NCBI RefSeq assembly: GCF_009914755.1
Contig: NC_060937.1
DNA from: the human T2T-CHM13v2.0 reference genome, Homo sapiens
Strand: one strand, 5' to 3'
DNA: 64,000 bases
The notes beneath the pieces are model-generated. The model was not told where the DNA came from. It did not search any database and was given only the letters and a program-made list of their open reading frames with translations. The position numbers and the translations under genes were made by a program. Of the stretch, positions 26,535 through 41,630 are shown piece after piece. The stretch's first letter is position 1, and every line of letters starts with the position of its first letter.

Positions 26535-27939
26535 AAGAGGTTAGGTTGGATAAGTAAGTGAAGGCCAAATCATAAGACCTGTGATGAAGTTGGGGCTGTA
26601 TTCTGTAAGCCACGAAGAGTCATCAAAAGCCTCACTTGTGAGAACTAGTTATTGAATGAGATCCTGTGAGTAGAGAATTTATCAAGATCTCGGCAGCATG
26701 ACCACGCAGAAACAAACAGAAACAAAGGAATGTGTCACCAGGATTCCTCTCTCATGCAGGGCTGTGTTAGGACACATATACTTCATTTGAGATTGTTTGG
26801 AAAGTCACCTCTCACCCCCACTCTAGAACAACTTACATTAGAGAAACGTTTTCTTACAGTGGCCTCACACACACCCTTTTGAGGAGAAATGAAAAGCTGT
26901 AGTTTAACAACCGCCTTACACGTAAGAACGAAGGAACCAAATGTGCAAATTTAGAATGACATTGCATTGGGCTGACCATAAAGTACCCTCCATCCCCAGG
27001 GCACTGCTAATGCGGAGAACGTGGTTTGTCATACAAGACCTACTGGGTAGCTGTTTATTTAGTAGAAATAGTGTATGCTGGTTACAAGAATGGAAAAGAG
27101 AATAGAACTAAAATTACTATTATCAACTACATCCAAAAAGCACACAAAAAAATAACCACTAGGTGTATATCTCAAGGTCAGAAGGCCAAAATTAAATAGC
27201 CAAGTTCTTTCTTTCTTCTTCATATCCTTTCAGTTCATTCTCTCTGCTGTCACCCCACGCATATACTCATGGTTCCTTAAAGTCTTTCCTTGGGCCAGTG
27301 GTTCTTAAAGAACTCTTATGTCAGTAGAAGATGCTTTCAGTTGCCGATACCAGAGACCTCACTTCAAACTGATCTTCAGGATTAGAGAAGCACCTAGCTT
27401 GTTTAATTTGAACGTCCCGCTGGGGGGCAGTCATGGTCGATCAATCCCCAGCCAGAATGTCATCAGAGACCCACCAGTCTCTTTCCATCTTTTCACTTTG
27501 CCCCCAGTGCTTTATACTGAGTCGGGCCCATGGCCCCTGTGGAAATAACAGGGAGGTGACCCAAAGTAATGGGGACTATGGGCATCCTTGTTCACCAGTG
27601 GAGAGGGTGTGTTTGCCCTTGACAACCAATTGACCGAAGTTACTGTTCACCATGCTGGAACCACCCTGAGCCAATCCCTACAGTCCAGGAAATACCATGG
27701 TGGGTTGGTTTAGACTTGGATTACCAAAACCTGTCCATGTAGGAAGATTGGGGTGGGGGTATCACTGTGACTATCCATGCTCTTCAGCAGTGAGGGAAGA
27801 AATGGATGTTGGAGAGAATATTCACATGTCTCCTTCAGGCCTCTGAGAATTTCATGAAAGCCACGTGCTATATCCCTGTGTGTTAATTTTGCATTCAGTT
27901 TTTGGAGGATTCACTAACCCACTGAGGACTGTCATTCTT

Positions 27940-28720
27940 TTTTTTTCTCTTCAGCTTCATTGAGGTATAATTGACAAATAAAAATTGTATGTATTCAAGG
28001 TGTACAACAGATGGTTTGATAGACGTATAGATTGGGAGATGATTGCCACAATCAAGCTAAATACATATCCATCACTTCACAGTTACCCTTGTGTGTGTGG
28101 TGAGAACACTGAAGATCTACTCTCAGCACATTTCAAGTATACAATACATTATTATTAACTATAATCATCATGCTATACATTAGCTCTCCAGAACTTACTC
28201 ATCTTAAAACTGAAAGGTTATACCTTTGGCTAACTTCTTACTATTTTTCTCACTTCTTGACCCCGGGTAACCACCCTTCTTCTCTTTGTTTGTGAGTTTG
28301 ACTTTTTATGGATTTCACATACAAGTCAGATCATGCAGTGTTTGTCTTTCTGTGCCTGGCTTATTTCACCTAATGTGAAGTCTTCCAGGTTCGTCCATGT
28401 TGTCACCAATGGCAAGATTTCCTGTTTTATGGCTGAATAGTATTCCATTGTGTATATGTACCACATTTTCTTTATTCATTCCTCTGTTGATGGACACGTA
28501 GGTTGATTCCATATCTTGGTTATTGTAAATAATGCTGCAGTGAACATGGCAATGCGGATGTCTCTTCAACATACTGATGTTGTCCCCTCTGGATGTATAT
28601 ACCCGGGACTAGGATTGCTGAGTCATATGCTTATTCTCTATTTTTGAATTTTTTGAGGAACCTCCATACTGTTTTCCATAATGGCTACACCATTTTACAT
28701 TTCCACCAATACTGTAAAGA
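27940..28720 (-). mobile_element. Old L1 (L1MA/MB) 3' end
   Basis: ttgaggtataattgacaaataaaaattgtat start, and L1M 3' hallmarks (ggctgaatagtattccattgtgtatatgtaccac). Confidence 0.88.
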
Positions 28721-31700
28721 ATAAGGACCATTCTTTACCTTAGAAAAATAACATTGCTTCCCAGAGGCAGAAGTGCACCTTATTCCTAGATTTCAGCACT
28801 CTCTGTACTGTTTATCCATTCAGGAGGAACTACAGTGATCAAACACTGGAGATAAATAGTGGTTTTAAGCTTTTATTTCATAATTTTTACAGATGATCTA
28901 GAGATAGGCCAAGTAATAATATGTAAATAATTAATTTTAAACATTCAGCTCATTCTTTAAAAAACTCATAGCCCAAATGTTTGTTGGTTGTTTTTTTCCA
29001 CTGGGAAAGGACGGGGAAATGTAGTTTCCCACTCCTGCGCCCTGTATGTTGTTATATTTTACCATGTCTTTCATAGCAGCCTCCCATCATTGGTTGCCGT
29101 AAATCTTTTCACTGACTGTGAGGTACCAAGAGTAAGGTAATTTAGCCAAATTAGTCAGGACAGCCTCACTTTGTGGAGCCCAGGTGAGGCTTTTCAATAA
29201 GAGCTGTTCTTCCAACTGGAAAATGCCAACAAGCAACAATGCAGCCAGTCATCTTATTTTGAAGTTTTAAAAGAAAGGGTTTGCCAGAAATACTGGGAAG
29301 GTTTAGCAGCTGTTCCACCTGGAAGATGGCAAGGTTCTTGACCTGTGAAGGACCATTTGGCATTGTCTGTCCATGTGCTGATCAGTTTTAAGTAAACCCT
29401 GCACTGAAGCAATGAAGAAAGACACTGGCAAAGTCAGCATGCTGTTGCCTCACTCCCCGTCACCACTGTGAAGCCTCCTCTTTTAACATAAGGCCCAGAG
29501 AGGATCCAAGATGTTGCCAAGACCACCTGTAGCCACCAGCCATGCAGGGGTGGGGTCATGTTTCTTAACCCACAGCAACACAGGTGATAGGCCTGGTTCT
29601 TGATCTGGACAGCCTTCGCATAACACCAGATAACTGAATGCTAATTTTCCTTTCCATTTACCTTAAATCTTAACAGTAACACAACTAACAATAAAAAAGG
29701 CACCATGGGATGTGTCCTGCTTGTTCCACAAAGAACTTTTTCCCAGGTGTGGCCTCCCTTGAAAAATGGCTGCACCCTTGGATTTCTTCGTGTGGCTGAT
29801 TTGCAGATCCATTAGTTACATTCACCTTTGGCTAAAGGCTATGGGATAGTTGATTTACTTTGGATGATGCAGTATTTTTCAAGAGAAGTTTTCATATATT
29901 TAGCCCAACTGCTTCGCCACAAGAAACAAAGTCGTAAGTATCTATACAGGTTTACAGAAAATGAAATTTTAGCTCCAGCTACAAAGCGGCTCAGCCAGTT
30001 CATGGAGACTTGTCACAGGTTGGTGACTGAGAAGGGTCCACCTGAAACACTTGCATGTCCAGGTCCAGCTGAGCATGCATGCCAGCCTCAGCCGCTGGGG
30101 TCCCTGTCTGGTCCTGCAGCATCACGTGGCTCAGATGGCATCTTCGCTGTGAGTGCGAAGACGCTGGGCACCAGCACCTGCACAGGCAGATGGTGAAAGG
30201 CCCCCAACTCTCTGGTAATGAGGATGGCAGCCATATGCTTTCTCATGCATCCAGCTCAGCCTCCAACCTACAATACCATAATGATGACATGTGGGAAAGT
30301 CTAGGTCCCATGCCACATCCCAGTTAAAATGCATGCACTGGAAAAGGGAGGGGAACTCAGCTGCACACACATTACTTTTTTTCTATGGCCTTTTCTGCAT
30401 CTACCCAGGACTTAATTGCTAATACTGCCTCCCTCCATGTGGGATGAAGTGGGAGAAGGATCACAGGAAAATACTTCCACCCGTTTGCTGTGGCAGGGCT
30501 AGACTCCAAAGTGCCCAGGACTGCTAATTCATTCACCCCTTTGTGACAGCTTATTTACCCACACCCCACCTTATTTCCAAAAGGACTCCAAGTAGCTCAA
30601 GAAAGGAATAAAGAGCTATAGTTAAAAAATAATTTCTCAAAGTCCTCTGCCTGTCTCCATGGGCTGGGCTGAACTTTGAGTGACTCACCCACCGTCTGAA
30701 GTCCAAGAAACAAATACCCTAGGCTGAGATCTGGAGATTGTTCTATTTGCAATTCTTATGGAGGGAGTTATTATATTCTCCACTGATTGGGCAGTGTGTT
30801 TTCCCAGAGAGACAGCATGAAGCAGGCACCTGCATCCACTTTATTCTTTTCCTCTTTGTGAGTCTTGCACGGGCCGTCAGCCTGTTTGTGAACTCTGGCA
30901 GGACATGGAGGTCAGCCTGTGCCAAGCACCTTGAACCCTCATTATCTTTAATTAGTGTTTAGGAGGTTAATCGGTGGTGAAGCTCATCTTTCTTTAATTA
31001 CTTCAACAATTCAGTCAGGGGGTCCATGCAGCCAGCTTTGAATTATTCTGTTTGTTTGGATGCTTATTTGAATTTGTAAAGTTGGATGTTTATTGTCCAG
31101 ACCTAGACCCTGTGTGCATTGAAGAAAGTGTTAGGGAAAGAGGAGAGACGAGTATGGGGAAGGTTATTTTTATTGCAATTAATTTGCAGCTGAATGAGCC
31201 CAGAAAGTTTGCAGTTTTAAAAGTGCATCACAGTCATATCAGAGATATCAATGATTCAAACTGGATCCAAATCTTCCTAAGCTCCAATTAGCACATTTAT
31301 TTTATTTTTCATACAAGGATAAGTTCACATTCAAATAATTAGTTGATTAAAAAATATTATTAGGTCTCTACTCCATGTCTTGACATCTTAGGTGCTTTGT
31401 CCAGTCACATTTAATTTTCAGTATTGTACATGATAAAGCTACCAACTTTGGGAAATTATATTCCAGCCCAAAGCCTTGCTTCAGAAACTCTCCTTAATGC
31501 CTGGCTGACATTTCCTTTTCTTTTTTTCTAGCACCTTATGCTCATTCTCTCCTCTATTTATTTTCAGTGACCACCAGACACTTTAAAGTTGATCTATATT
31601 TACCTTTTTATAAGGATCCTTCCCACCCTCCATTTCTTTCCTTCCTCCTCACTTCCACCTACTTGTTCCTTCAACGTGGCCATTGTTCTCATGCTTCCCG

Positions 31701-32049
31701 GAAGGGTGAACTTTGGCTAAAGTCATGATTTCCACTCAACAGGACAGTAACTCTCAGCCACATTGTGCCTCTGTCTGCAAAGTATCCACTGTTCTTTGGC
31801 AAAGTTAGGATGTAGCCTTGGTAATCCTTTGGCCCTGGAGATTGTGTTTTTAACAAAGCACCTCCCTTAGAGCGGGTTTTAGAAAGTCAGCAGGCCAGCG
31901 CCTCCCTTCCCCTTCCAGGAAGAAGCAGAATCTCAGACATGGTTTCAGGGAGGTGCTCCCAGGAGCCTCTGGCAGGAGAAAGGCCTTGTGGCCTTGCCAT
32001 TTCCATCTTTGTCTTTGCGTTTATACGTTGGCCCAGCCTACATTGACTC

Positions 32050-32560
32050 TTTCATCGCTTCACTTCTTCAGTCCTTCAACAAATAGTTTTTGAGCATCCA
32101 CTGTGCACCAGGCACTGTTTTGGGTGCCAAGCATGTAACTGTAAAAAAAAAAAAAAAAAAAAAGCAAAATTCCTGCCCTCATAGAACTTACATTCTAATG
32201 AGGAACACAGACAGTACACACAAACTATGTCGTGAAAAGTGTGGCATGGAAAACCAAGCTAGATGTGGGTGCAGACAGTGATGAGGGGAGGGTTTCTGGG
32301 AAGCTGGTCTGGGAAGTCTGGTCTGAGTGAACTGAGGGAGAGAGACTTGTCCACGGGAAGAACATCCCAGGCCAAGGGAAAGCATATGCAAAGTCCCTGA
32401 GGTGGGAAACCAGAGTGATCCAGGAACTTGCAAGGATGGCCATGTGGCCAGCTGGGGCAGAGGGAGGGAGGGAAGCACAGTAGGAAATAGCGTTGAGAGG
32501 AAGCCAGGGTCCTTGCGTTTATTGTATGATTCTGAGTAGGTAAGCAGCATGGTCCTGTTT
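32050..32560 (+). mobile_element. L2 fragment
   Basis: ttcaacaaatagtttttgagcatccactgtgcaccaggcactgtt is the typical L2 end. Strand assignment tentative. Confidence 0.65.
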
Positions 32561-34560
32561 GTGGATATAGAATTTTAACAGAACTTTCTGCTTATAAAGC
32601 TGCATCTTTGTGATTAACTTAGAGCTTCACTGCTATAGTATGTTTTCTCCATTTCCCAAATGCCCCTATTTGTAAATGCACAGAGCCTAGACTATTCTTC
32701 ACTTGCTTGGTGACACCCAGGCCTTTTCAACCCGTGGCACGGCATTTTGCTTGGGGTCTCTCCAGGTCAGCCAGGTGCCCTGCTAATTTATCTGTTCCTA
32801 GCAGCCCCGTGACTCCAACCTGACCTTTTCATAGGCTTGCCGACAGGACCACGGAGCTCAGCCTTGCAAGTCGTGGAATGAGGTGATGGTTTCCATATGT
32901 GCTGGGGCTGTCATTCAAATTCTTTGCCTGCTCAGCTAATGAGGTCAGAACGGCTCTGCCTGAGGTGGACAGCCTCTCCCTCGGGTAGTGTGCCTGCAGG
33001 AGATACAGGAGGAAGTCTCCCCACCCGCTTTAAAGGAAGCTTGGCGAGATAGCATTGCTTAGCACTGTTCACAAAAGGATAACTGCAGAAAAACATGAAA
33101 TAAAAGGGAATAGAAGGGAAGAGACAGACTGACTTTTTTAATTTAAACTTTTTATTTGGAGATAATTGTGGCTTCATAGGCAGTTGTAAAAAATAATAGA
33201 AAGCTCGCATATACCCTTTACTCAGTTTCCTTAAATGGTAACATCTTACAAAACTGTAGTACAGTATCACAACCAGGAAACTGACACTGACACAGTCAAC
33301 ACAAAACATACCCATCACCACAAGGACCGCTTCCTCCCTACCCTTTCCATCCCGCCATTGTGCTTTTATAGGTACCCCTACTTTCTACTCATTCCTTAAC
33401 TCCTGGCAACCATTAACTGTTCTCCATTTCTATGATTTTGTCGTTTCAAGAATGGCATATACATGGAATCTTATAACGTGTAACCTTTTGTTAGTGACAT
33501 TTTCTTTCAGCATAATTCTCTGGAGTTTCATCCAGGTTGTTGCATGTGTCCATAGTTTCTTCCTGTTTACTGCTGAGTAATATTCCACCCAATGCATGTA
33601 CCACGCGTTGCTTGACCATTCATCCGTTGAAGGAGATCTGGATTTCCAGTTTTTGCTCTTATACATAAAACTCTTACAAACATTTGTTTACTGGCTTTTA
33701 TGTCAATATTAGGTCTTAATTTTTCTGGGATAAATGTCCAGGAGTGCAATAGCTGGGTTTATAGTAGATGCATATTTAGTTTTACTTTTAGGTTTTTTTT
33801 TTTTTTTTCAATAACAACCATGTATTTAGCTCATGATTCTGTGGGTTGACAGTTTGGGCTGCACATTAGTGGAGGGTTACCTGATTTGTGTGTGTGTGAG
33901 ACATAATTCAAACACATAAACTTCACCATTTTAAAGTGTATAATTCAGTGGTTTTTAGTATTTTCACAAGGTTGTGGTATGTTTGGTTTTTAAACAAACT
34001 GCCAAGCTGTTTTTCAGAGTGGGCATACCATTTTACATTTTCATCATGATGCATGAGTGATCTAGTTTTTCTATATCCTTGCCAGCATTCAGTGCTGTCC
34101 TTTTTTTTTTTTTTTTTTTAATTTTAGCCATAGGGATTGCTGCTTAGTGATCTCTCTTTGTGGTTTTAGTCTGTGTTTTCCTAATGGTTAATGATGTGAA
34201 CATCTTTTCATGTGTTTATTTGCCAACTATAGTCACTCTGGTGAAACGTCTTTTCATGGCCTTTGACCATTTTCTAATGGGATTCTTTGTTTTGTTTTAT
34301 ATTGAGTTTTGAGAGTTATTTATATGTTCTAGATGTTAGTTCTTTGTGAGACATGTGGCTTACAAATATTTTCTCCCATTCTGTACCATGTTCTTTCAGC
34401 CTCCTAATAGGGCCTTTCATAGAAGAAAAGTTAATTTTAGTGAAGTCCAAATATCAATTTTTCTTTGTGAATTATGCTTTTGGTGTCAAGTCTAAGAGAA
34501 CTCTGCTTAGCCCTAGATTTCAAAGATACTCTCCTATTTTTTTCCTAAAAGTTGTATAGT

Positions 34561-35363
<803 letters not shown>

Positions 35364-38300
35364 TAGTTTTATATTTTACTTTCAAGTATGTATGCTGAGT
35401 TAATTTTTGTGTAAGGTATGAGATTTAGATCAAAGTTCTTTTTTTCTGTGCATATATAGTTGTTCCAGCACCATTTGTCAAAAAGGCTTTCTTCCACTGA
35501 ATTGCTTTTGCACCTTTGTCAAAAATCAGATGGGTATGTTTATGTGAGCCTGTTTTTTGTTTCTGTCTTCTAGTCTATTTATCTGTTTATTTCTTTATGA
35601 ATGCCACACTGTCTTGATTATTGTAATTATATCATAAGTCTTGAAATCAGATACACTGATTTCTTCCATTTCATTCTTCTTTTCCAAAATTTTAACAATT
35701 GTTCTTTTACCTTTCCGTATATACTTTTTGGAATGGTCTCATCTGTAACGACAAAAAATGGTTGAGATTTTGACAGGAATTGCTTTAAATCTGTATATCA
35801 ATTTGGAGAATTAACGTCTTTACTATGCTGTGTTTTCCAATCCATGAAAATGGTAAGTCTCTCCATTTGTTTAGATTTTCTTTGATTTCTTTCATCAGCA
35901 TTGTGTAGCTTTTAGCACACAAGTTTTGTAAATGTTTTGCTCTGTTTGCGCCTCAGTATTTCATATATTTTTGAACGATCCCAAATTGCATTGTATTTTA
36001 AATTTTAGCATCTGTGTGTTCATTGATAATACATAGAAATACAACTGATTTTTGTATGTTGATCTTACATCATGTACTTTGATGAACTGACTTATTAGTA
36101 CTAGGAGTTTTATATCTATACATAAATATATATATATACATATTTATGTGTGCATATATATGTATTTCTTGGGATTTTCCAGACAATTATGTCATCTGCA
36201 AATAGCTACAATTTTATTACTTCCTTTCTGGTCCCTGTATTTTTTATTTCCTTTTCTTGTGTTATTGCACTAGCTAGAACTTCTAGCACAGTGTTGAATA
36301 AAAGTGGTGAAAATGGTCATCCTTGCCTTGTTCCCAATATTTGGGAGAAATCATTCAACTTTTTATCATAAAGTGTGGTGCTAGCTGCAGGTGTTTTTGT
36401 AGATGCTCTTTGTCAAGTTGGGGGAGTTCTTTTCTTAATTTGCTAAGAGATTTTTTGTTTGTTTTTAACTCATGAATGGGTGTTGAATTTTGTAAAATGC
36501 TTTATCTGCATGAACCAATATGAGTGTGTTTTTTTTCTCTTTAGCCTGTTAACATGGTAGATTACATTGATTTCTGAATATTGAACCATCCTTGTATCTC
36601 TGTAATCTCCACTTGATTGTGTTGTGTAATTCTTGTTATATGTTGATGAATTGCACTTACTAATGTCAGGTTTTTTTGCATCTATGTTTGTAAGGTACAT
36701 TGGACTGGGGCTTTCTTTTTTTGTAATGTCTTTGTATGGACTGGTATAGTATAATAGTAGCTTCATAAATAAATTGGGAAGTGTCTTTTCCTTTTCTGTT
36801 TTCTGGAAGAGATTATGTAGAACTGGTGGTAAGTCTTCTTTAAACTTTTGGTAAAATTCTCCAGTGAGGCCATATAAATTCAATTTCCTTAATATTTAGA
36901 GAGCTATTAAAATTATTTCAAATTGTGTGAATTTTGGTAGTCTTTGTTTTTCAAGGAATTGGTCCATTTCATCTGGTTTGTCAAACACATGTGTAGAATT
37001 GTTTCTGGTATCCTACAATTATCTTTTTGATATTTGCAAGGTTTGAGTAATATCTCACTTAATTCCTAATATTGGTAATGTGTGTCTTCTCTTTTTTTTT
37101 TCTTTGTAAGTATTGCTAGAAGTTTGTTAATTTTATTGTTCTTTTCAAATAAGAAGCTCAATAAAGAGCTTTTTTATTGTTTCTCTGTTTTTAACCTATC
37201 AGTTTTTATTCTTAATGATTTCCTTCCTTCTGCTTGCTTTGGGTTTATTTTGCTCTTCTTTTCTAGTTTCTTCATGTGAGAACTTGGAATTCTTTAATTT
37301 TTTTTAATATATAGATTAACTGCTATGAATTTCCCTCACAGCACTGTTTTAACCGTGTACCACAAATTGTAATGTATTTTCTTTTTCATTTAATTCAGTA
37401 ATTTTTTATTTGTCTTAAGGCTTTTTCTTTATCCTTTATTATTTGGAAGTGTGTTATTAATTTCCAAGTGTTTGAAGATTTTTCTGTTATCTTTTTTATT
37501 TATTTCTAGTTTGATTCCATTGTGTTTGTAGCATGTATTGTGTATAACTTTTAAGTGTGTTGAAGTTTGTTTTATGGCCCAGAATATTCTATTTCTTGTT
37601 ATATATTCCATGTGCACATGGAAAGAATGTGCATTCTGTTGTTATTAGGTAGAGTGTGGCATGAATATATCCTGTTGGTTGATGGCGTTTGGCAGTTCTT
37701 TAAATTTTATTGATGATTTTCCATTTGTACTATCCATTGTTGAATGAGGGATATTGAAAAATTCAACTATAATTGTGAATTAGTCTATTTCTTCTTTCAG
37801 TTCTATCAGTTTTAGCTTCACATATTTTGCAGCTCTGTTACTTGGTGCATAGACATTCAGGATTGCTATGTATTCTGAATGGATTGATCCTTTTGTCATT
37901 GCATAATGTCCTTCATTTTCTCCAGTAAGTTACTTTGCTCTAAAGACCACTTTATCTAATATTAATATAGTTACTTAGGTTTTATTTTGATTAATGTTTG
38001 CATGATGTATCTTTTCCATCATTTTCTATCTGCCTATATCATTATATTTGAAGCTAGCTTCTAAAAGGCAGTATGTAATTGGCTCATGTTTTTAAATTCA
38101 CCATGTCATTCTGTATCTTTTAATTGGCATATTTATACCATTTATATTTAATTTATTGCTGATATGTTGGGGCATATGTCTGCCATTTTACCTTTTTGAG
38201 CCATCACACCTAGCTCTACATACATTTAAAACCATATCAGACCATGTATAATTTTCACTTTAACTCATCAAACATAATTTGGAGAAATCAAGAGCAAAAG

Positions 38301-38395
38301 AAAAGCTTCTTGTATTTACTCATATTTTGCTTACTATATTCTTTCTTTTTTATGTTCCAAGATTTCTTCTTTTATCATTTCCTTTTTGTTTATAG

Positions 38396-39004
<609 letters not shown>

Positions 39005-41199
39005 TAGGACTTTCTTTAGCTATTCCTGTAAGATCGTTCTGGTGGTGACAAATTTTCTTAGTTTTCCTTCCATTCAAGAGATTTCTTTTTCATTCCTGAA
39101 AGATATTTTCACTGGGTTGACAGTTCTGTTCTTTCAGCACCTGAAAAATGTTGTGCCAGTTGCTCTGGCCTCAGTGGTTTCTGATGAGAAATCCACTGTC
39201 AACCTACGTGGTTTTCCTCTATTGGTGTCATTTCTCTTTGGCTGCCTTTGGAATCTTTGTCGTTGGTTTTTGGCAGTGTAATTAAAATCTGTCTTGTTGT
39301 GGATTTCTTTGAGTTTATCCTCTTTAGAATTGCTCTGTAAGTTTATATTGTTCATCAAAATTGGGACATTTTCAGCCACTATTTCTGAGTGCTCTTTTAG
39401 CCCTGCCGTATTTCTCCTCTTTTTCTGAGACTCTGAAGACGTGAATGTTAGATCTTCTATTATATTCTTACAGGCTCCCAAGGCTCTGTTAATTTTTATA
39501 GTCTATTTTGTCTCTATTACTCAGACTGGGTAATTTCTACTGTTCTATTTTTCAGTTCACTAACGATTTCCTCTGTCCCCTGCATTCTGCTGTTGAGCCC
39601 ATCCACTGAGGTTTTTATTTCAGTTGTTATATTTTTCCGTTCTGAAATTTCCTATTTGTTCTTTTAAGTCTTATATTTCTTGGCTGCGGCTTTCTATTTT
39701 TTTTCTTTTAAGTGTGTTCATAATTACTTATTGAAACATTTTTACCATGGCTACTTTAAAATCTTTGTCAGACAATTCCACTGTTTCTGACGTCTTGGTG
39801 TTAGCATCTATTGATCATTTTTATTTTTCTCCCTGTTTGAGATCTTCCTGGTTTATGGTAAAATAAGTGATTTTCAAATGAAACCTGGACATTTTGGCTA
39901 TTATGCTATGGACTCTGGATTTCATGGCAGCCTGGCTCCTGCCGGGTAGAGGTAATCCAGATTCACTAATGGCCTCTGTTTATGTCTTCAGGGTAGGGAT
40001 GGGAGCTCCTGCTCTCCAGGTGCAGGGGTCCTGATTCTCCATAAGACCTTTTCTGACATCACCCAGTGAAGAGGGAAAAGGATGCCTTCACATTTCACTG
40101 GGTTGGGGATGGAAGTCTAGTCATCCGAAGTGATCTCTGCTGACATCCCAGAAGGGAGGGGTCCTTATTGGCTGGCAGGGATGAAAGTCAAGGATCCCTG
40201 CTTGGTCTTCTTTTTCACCTCCCCATAAGGGTGTTGGAGAGCCTCATAACAGTCTCCTAAGGGAAGAAGTCTAAGAGCACCACTAGGTCTTTGCTGGCAT
40301 GGGTTGGGGGTGAGGGGGCCACCTTTTTCTCTGGGGTATCTGGCTGCAGATGAGTACTTCAGGCCTGAAAGTTTTCTGTCTTGCTAGGCTGCCCCTTTCC
40401 TGTTCCTTTGTCTGGAGAGAAAAGGCATTTGCTAGGTAGGCTTCTTTGTTCATGCCTGTGGACATTCAGAATCGTCCTCTGCCTCTACTGGGAAAACCTT
40501 GTCTGGGACAGAGGAAATCAAGCACTGTGCTGCTACAAGCCTCTCTTCTCTCCAGTGCCCAGTTTTTATTATTAGAGGAAAGTTGGGTCCAGGGAGGACT
40601 GGAGGAATCTGTTGTTTATTTTTGGAACGGAATTTGTATTAGGGTTAGTTAACCTTGAACCCTATGGTGTCTTCAGCCAGAATGTCCCCCAAACTGTCCC
40701 ATGTAACCTGAATTCTTAAAAAATTACAATGTTTCATCTCTATAAATCCACAAACACTGCTCACAATATCTTCTGGAATTTGGAGTGAGCTTTTCTCTCC
40801 GGAAGAGAATAGGGACAATGTCCATATTCTGGCATTTTAAAAGAATAATACAGAGGAATTTACCTTGGCCACTATTGGAAAACCTACTGTGTCCTGAGCT
40901 CAATGCTGGGCGTTATGGATAGACACGAGACAAATGGTGAAGGATTGAGTTGTGGAGACACAACATAAGAAGAGAGTCGCACCACAAATCAGTTAATACA
41001 AAGCACACATGCAATTTTACATATTGAACCGTGTCCTCTGTTTTCAGCCCAGGATAGGTACTGTGAAAAACATAACAAAAAGTGTAAGACTTGGTTCCGG
41101 CTGAATGAACCCTCTAGTTGAACACACAGATGGTGTGCTGGTGTTTTCCAGGGATCACTAGGCACAGTGCTGCTTCTCAGTCTACCAGCTCTCCATGGG

Positions 41200-41630
41200 T
41201 TTCTACAAGCTGAGTCCAAAGTTGCATCTCAGCTTTGACCTCTCTCTGGTCCCCTGTCTTCTGAACACCTCAGAGGCGCTCACAGGCCCCACATCTGAAA
41301 CTGGATTCATTGCTGTTCCTGCTGAACCTTTTTCTCCTCCTGTGTTTGCATCTGGATGGTCAGCAAAGGGCCATCCATTGTTCAGGACCCAGCTTCAGTG
41401 CTGATTCTCTCTGCCCTGCTCCAAGTTCTTCACTCCTCCACGTCACCTCTCCTGAGCCTAGCACAATCTCTGTAAGGGCATCATCACCTTATAGCATGGT
41501 AAGTGTCTGCACGGCGAGGTCACCTTAAAGACTGTGAGTTCATGAGGGCAGAGGCTGTGTCTTGGGTAACTTTGTTTCCAACATTGGGTCTCACACACAG
41601 TAGGCGCAGTACAAATGCTGAATTAATGGG
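41200..41630. mobile_element. L2 fragment
   Basis: agactgtgagttcatgagggcagaggctgtgtct...acacagtaggcgcagtacaaatgctgaattaatg is L2 3'-like. Confidence 0.6.
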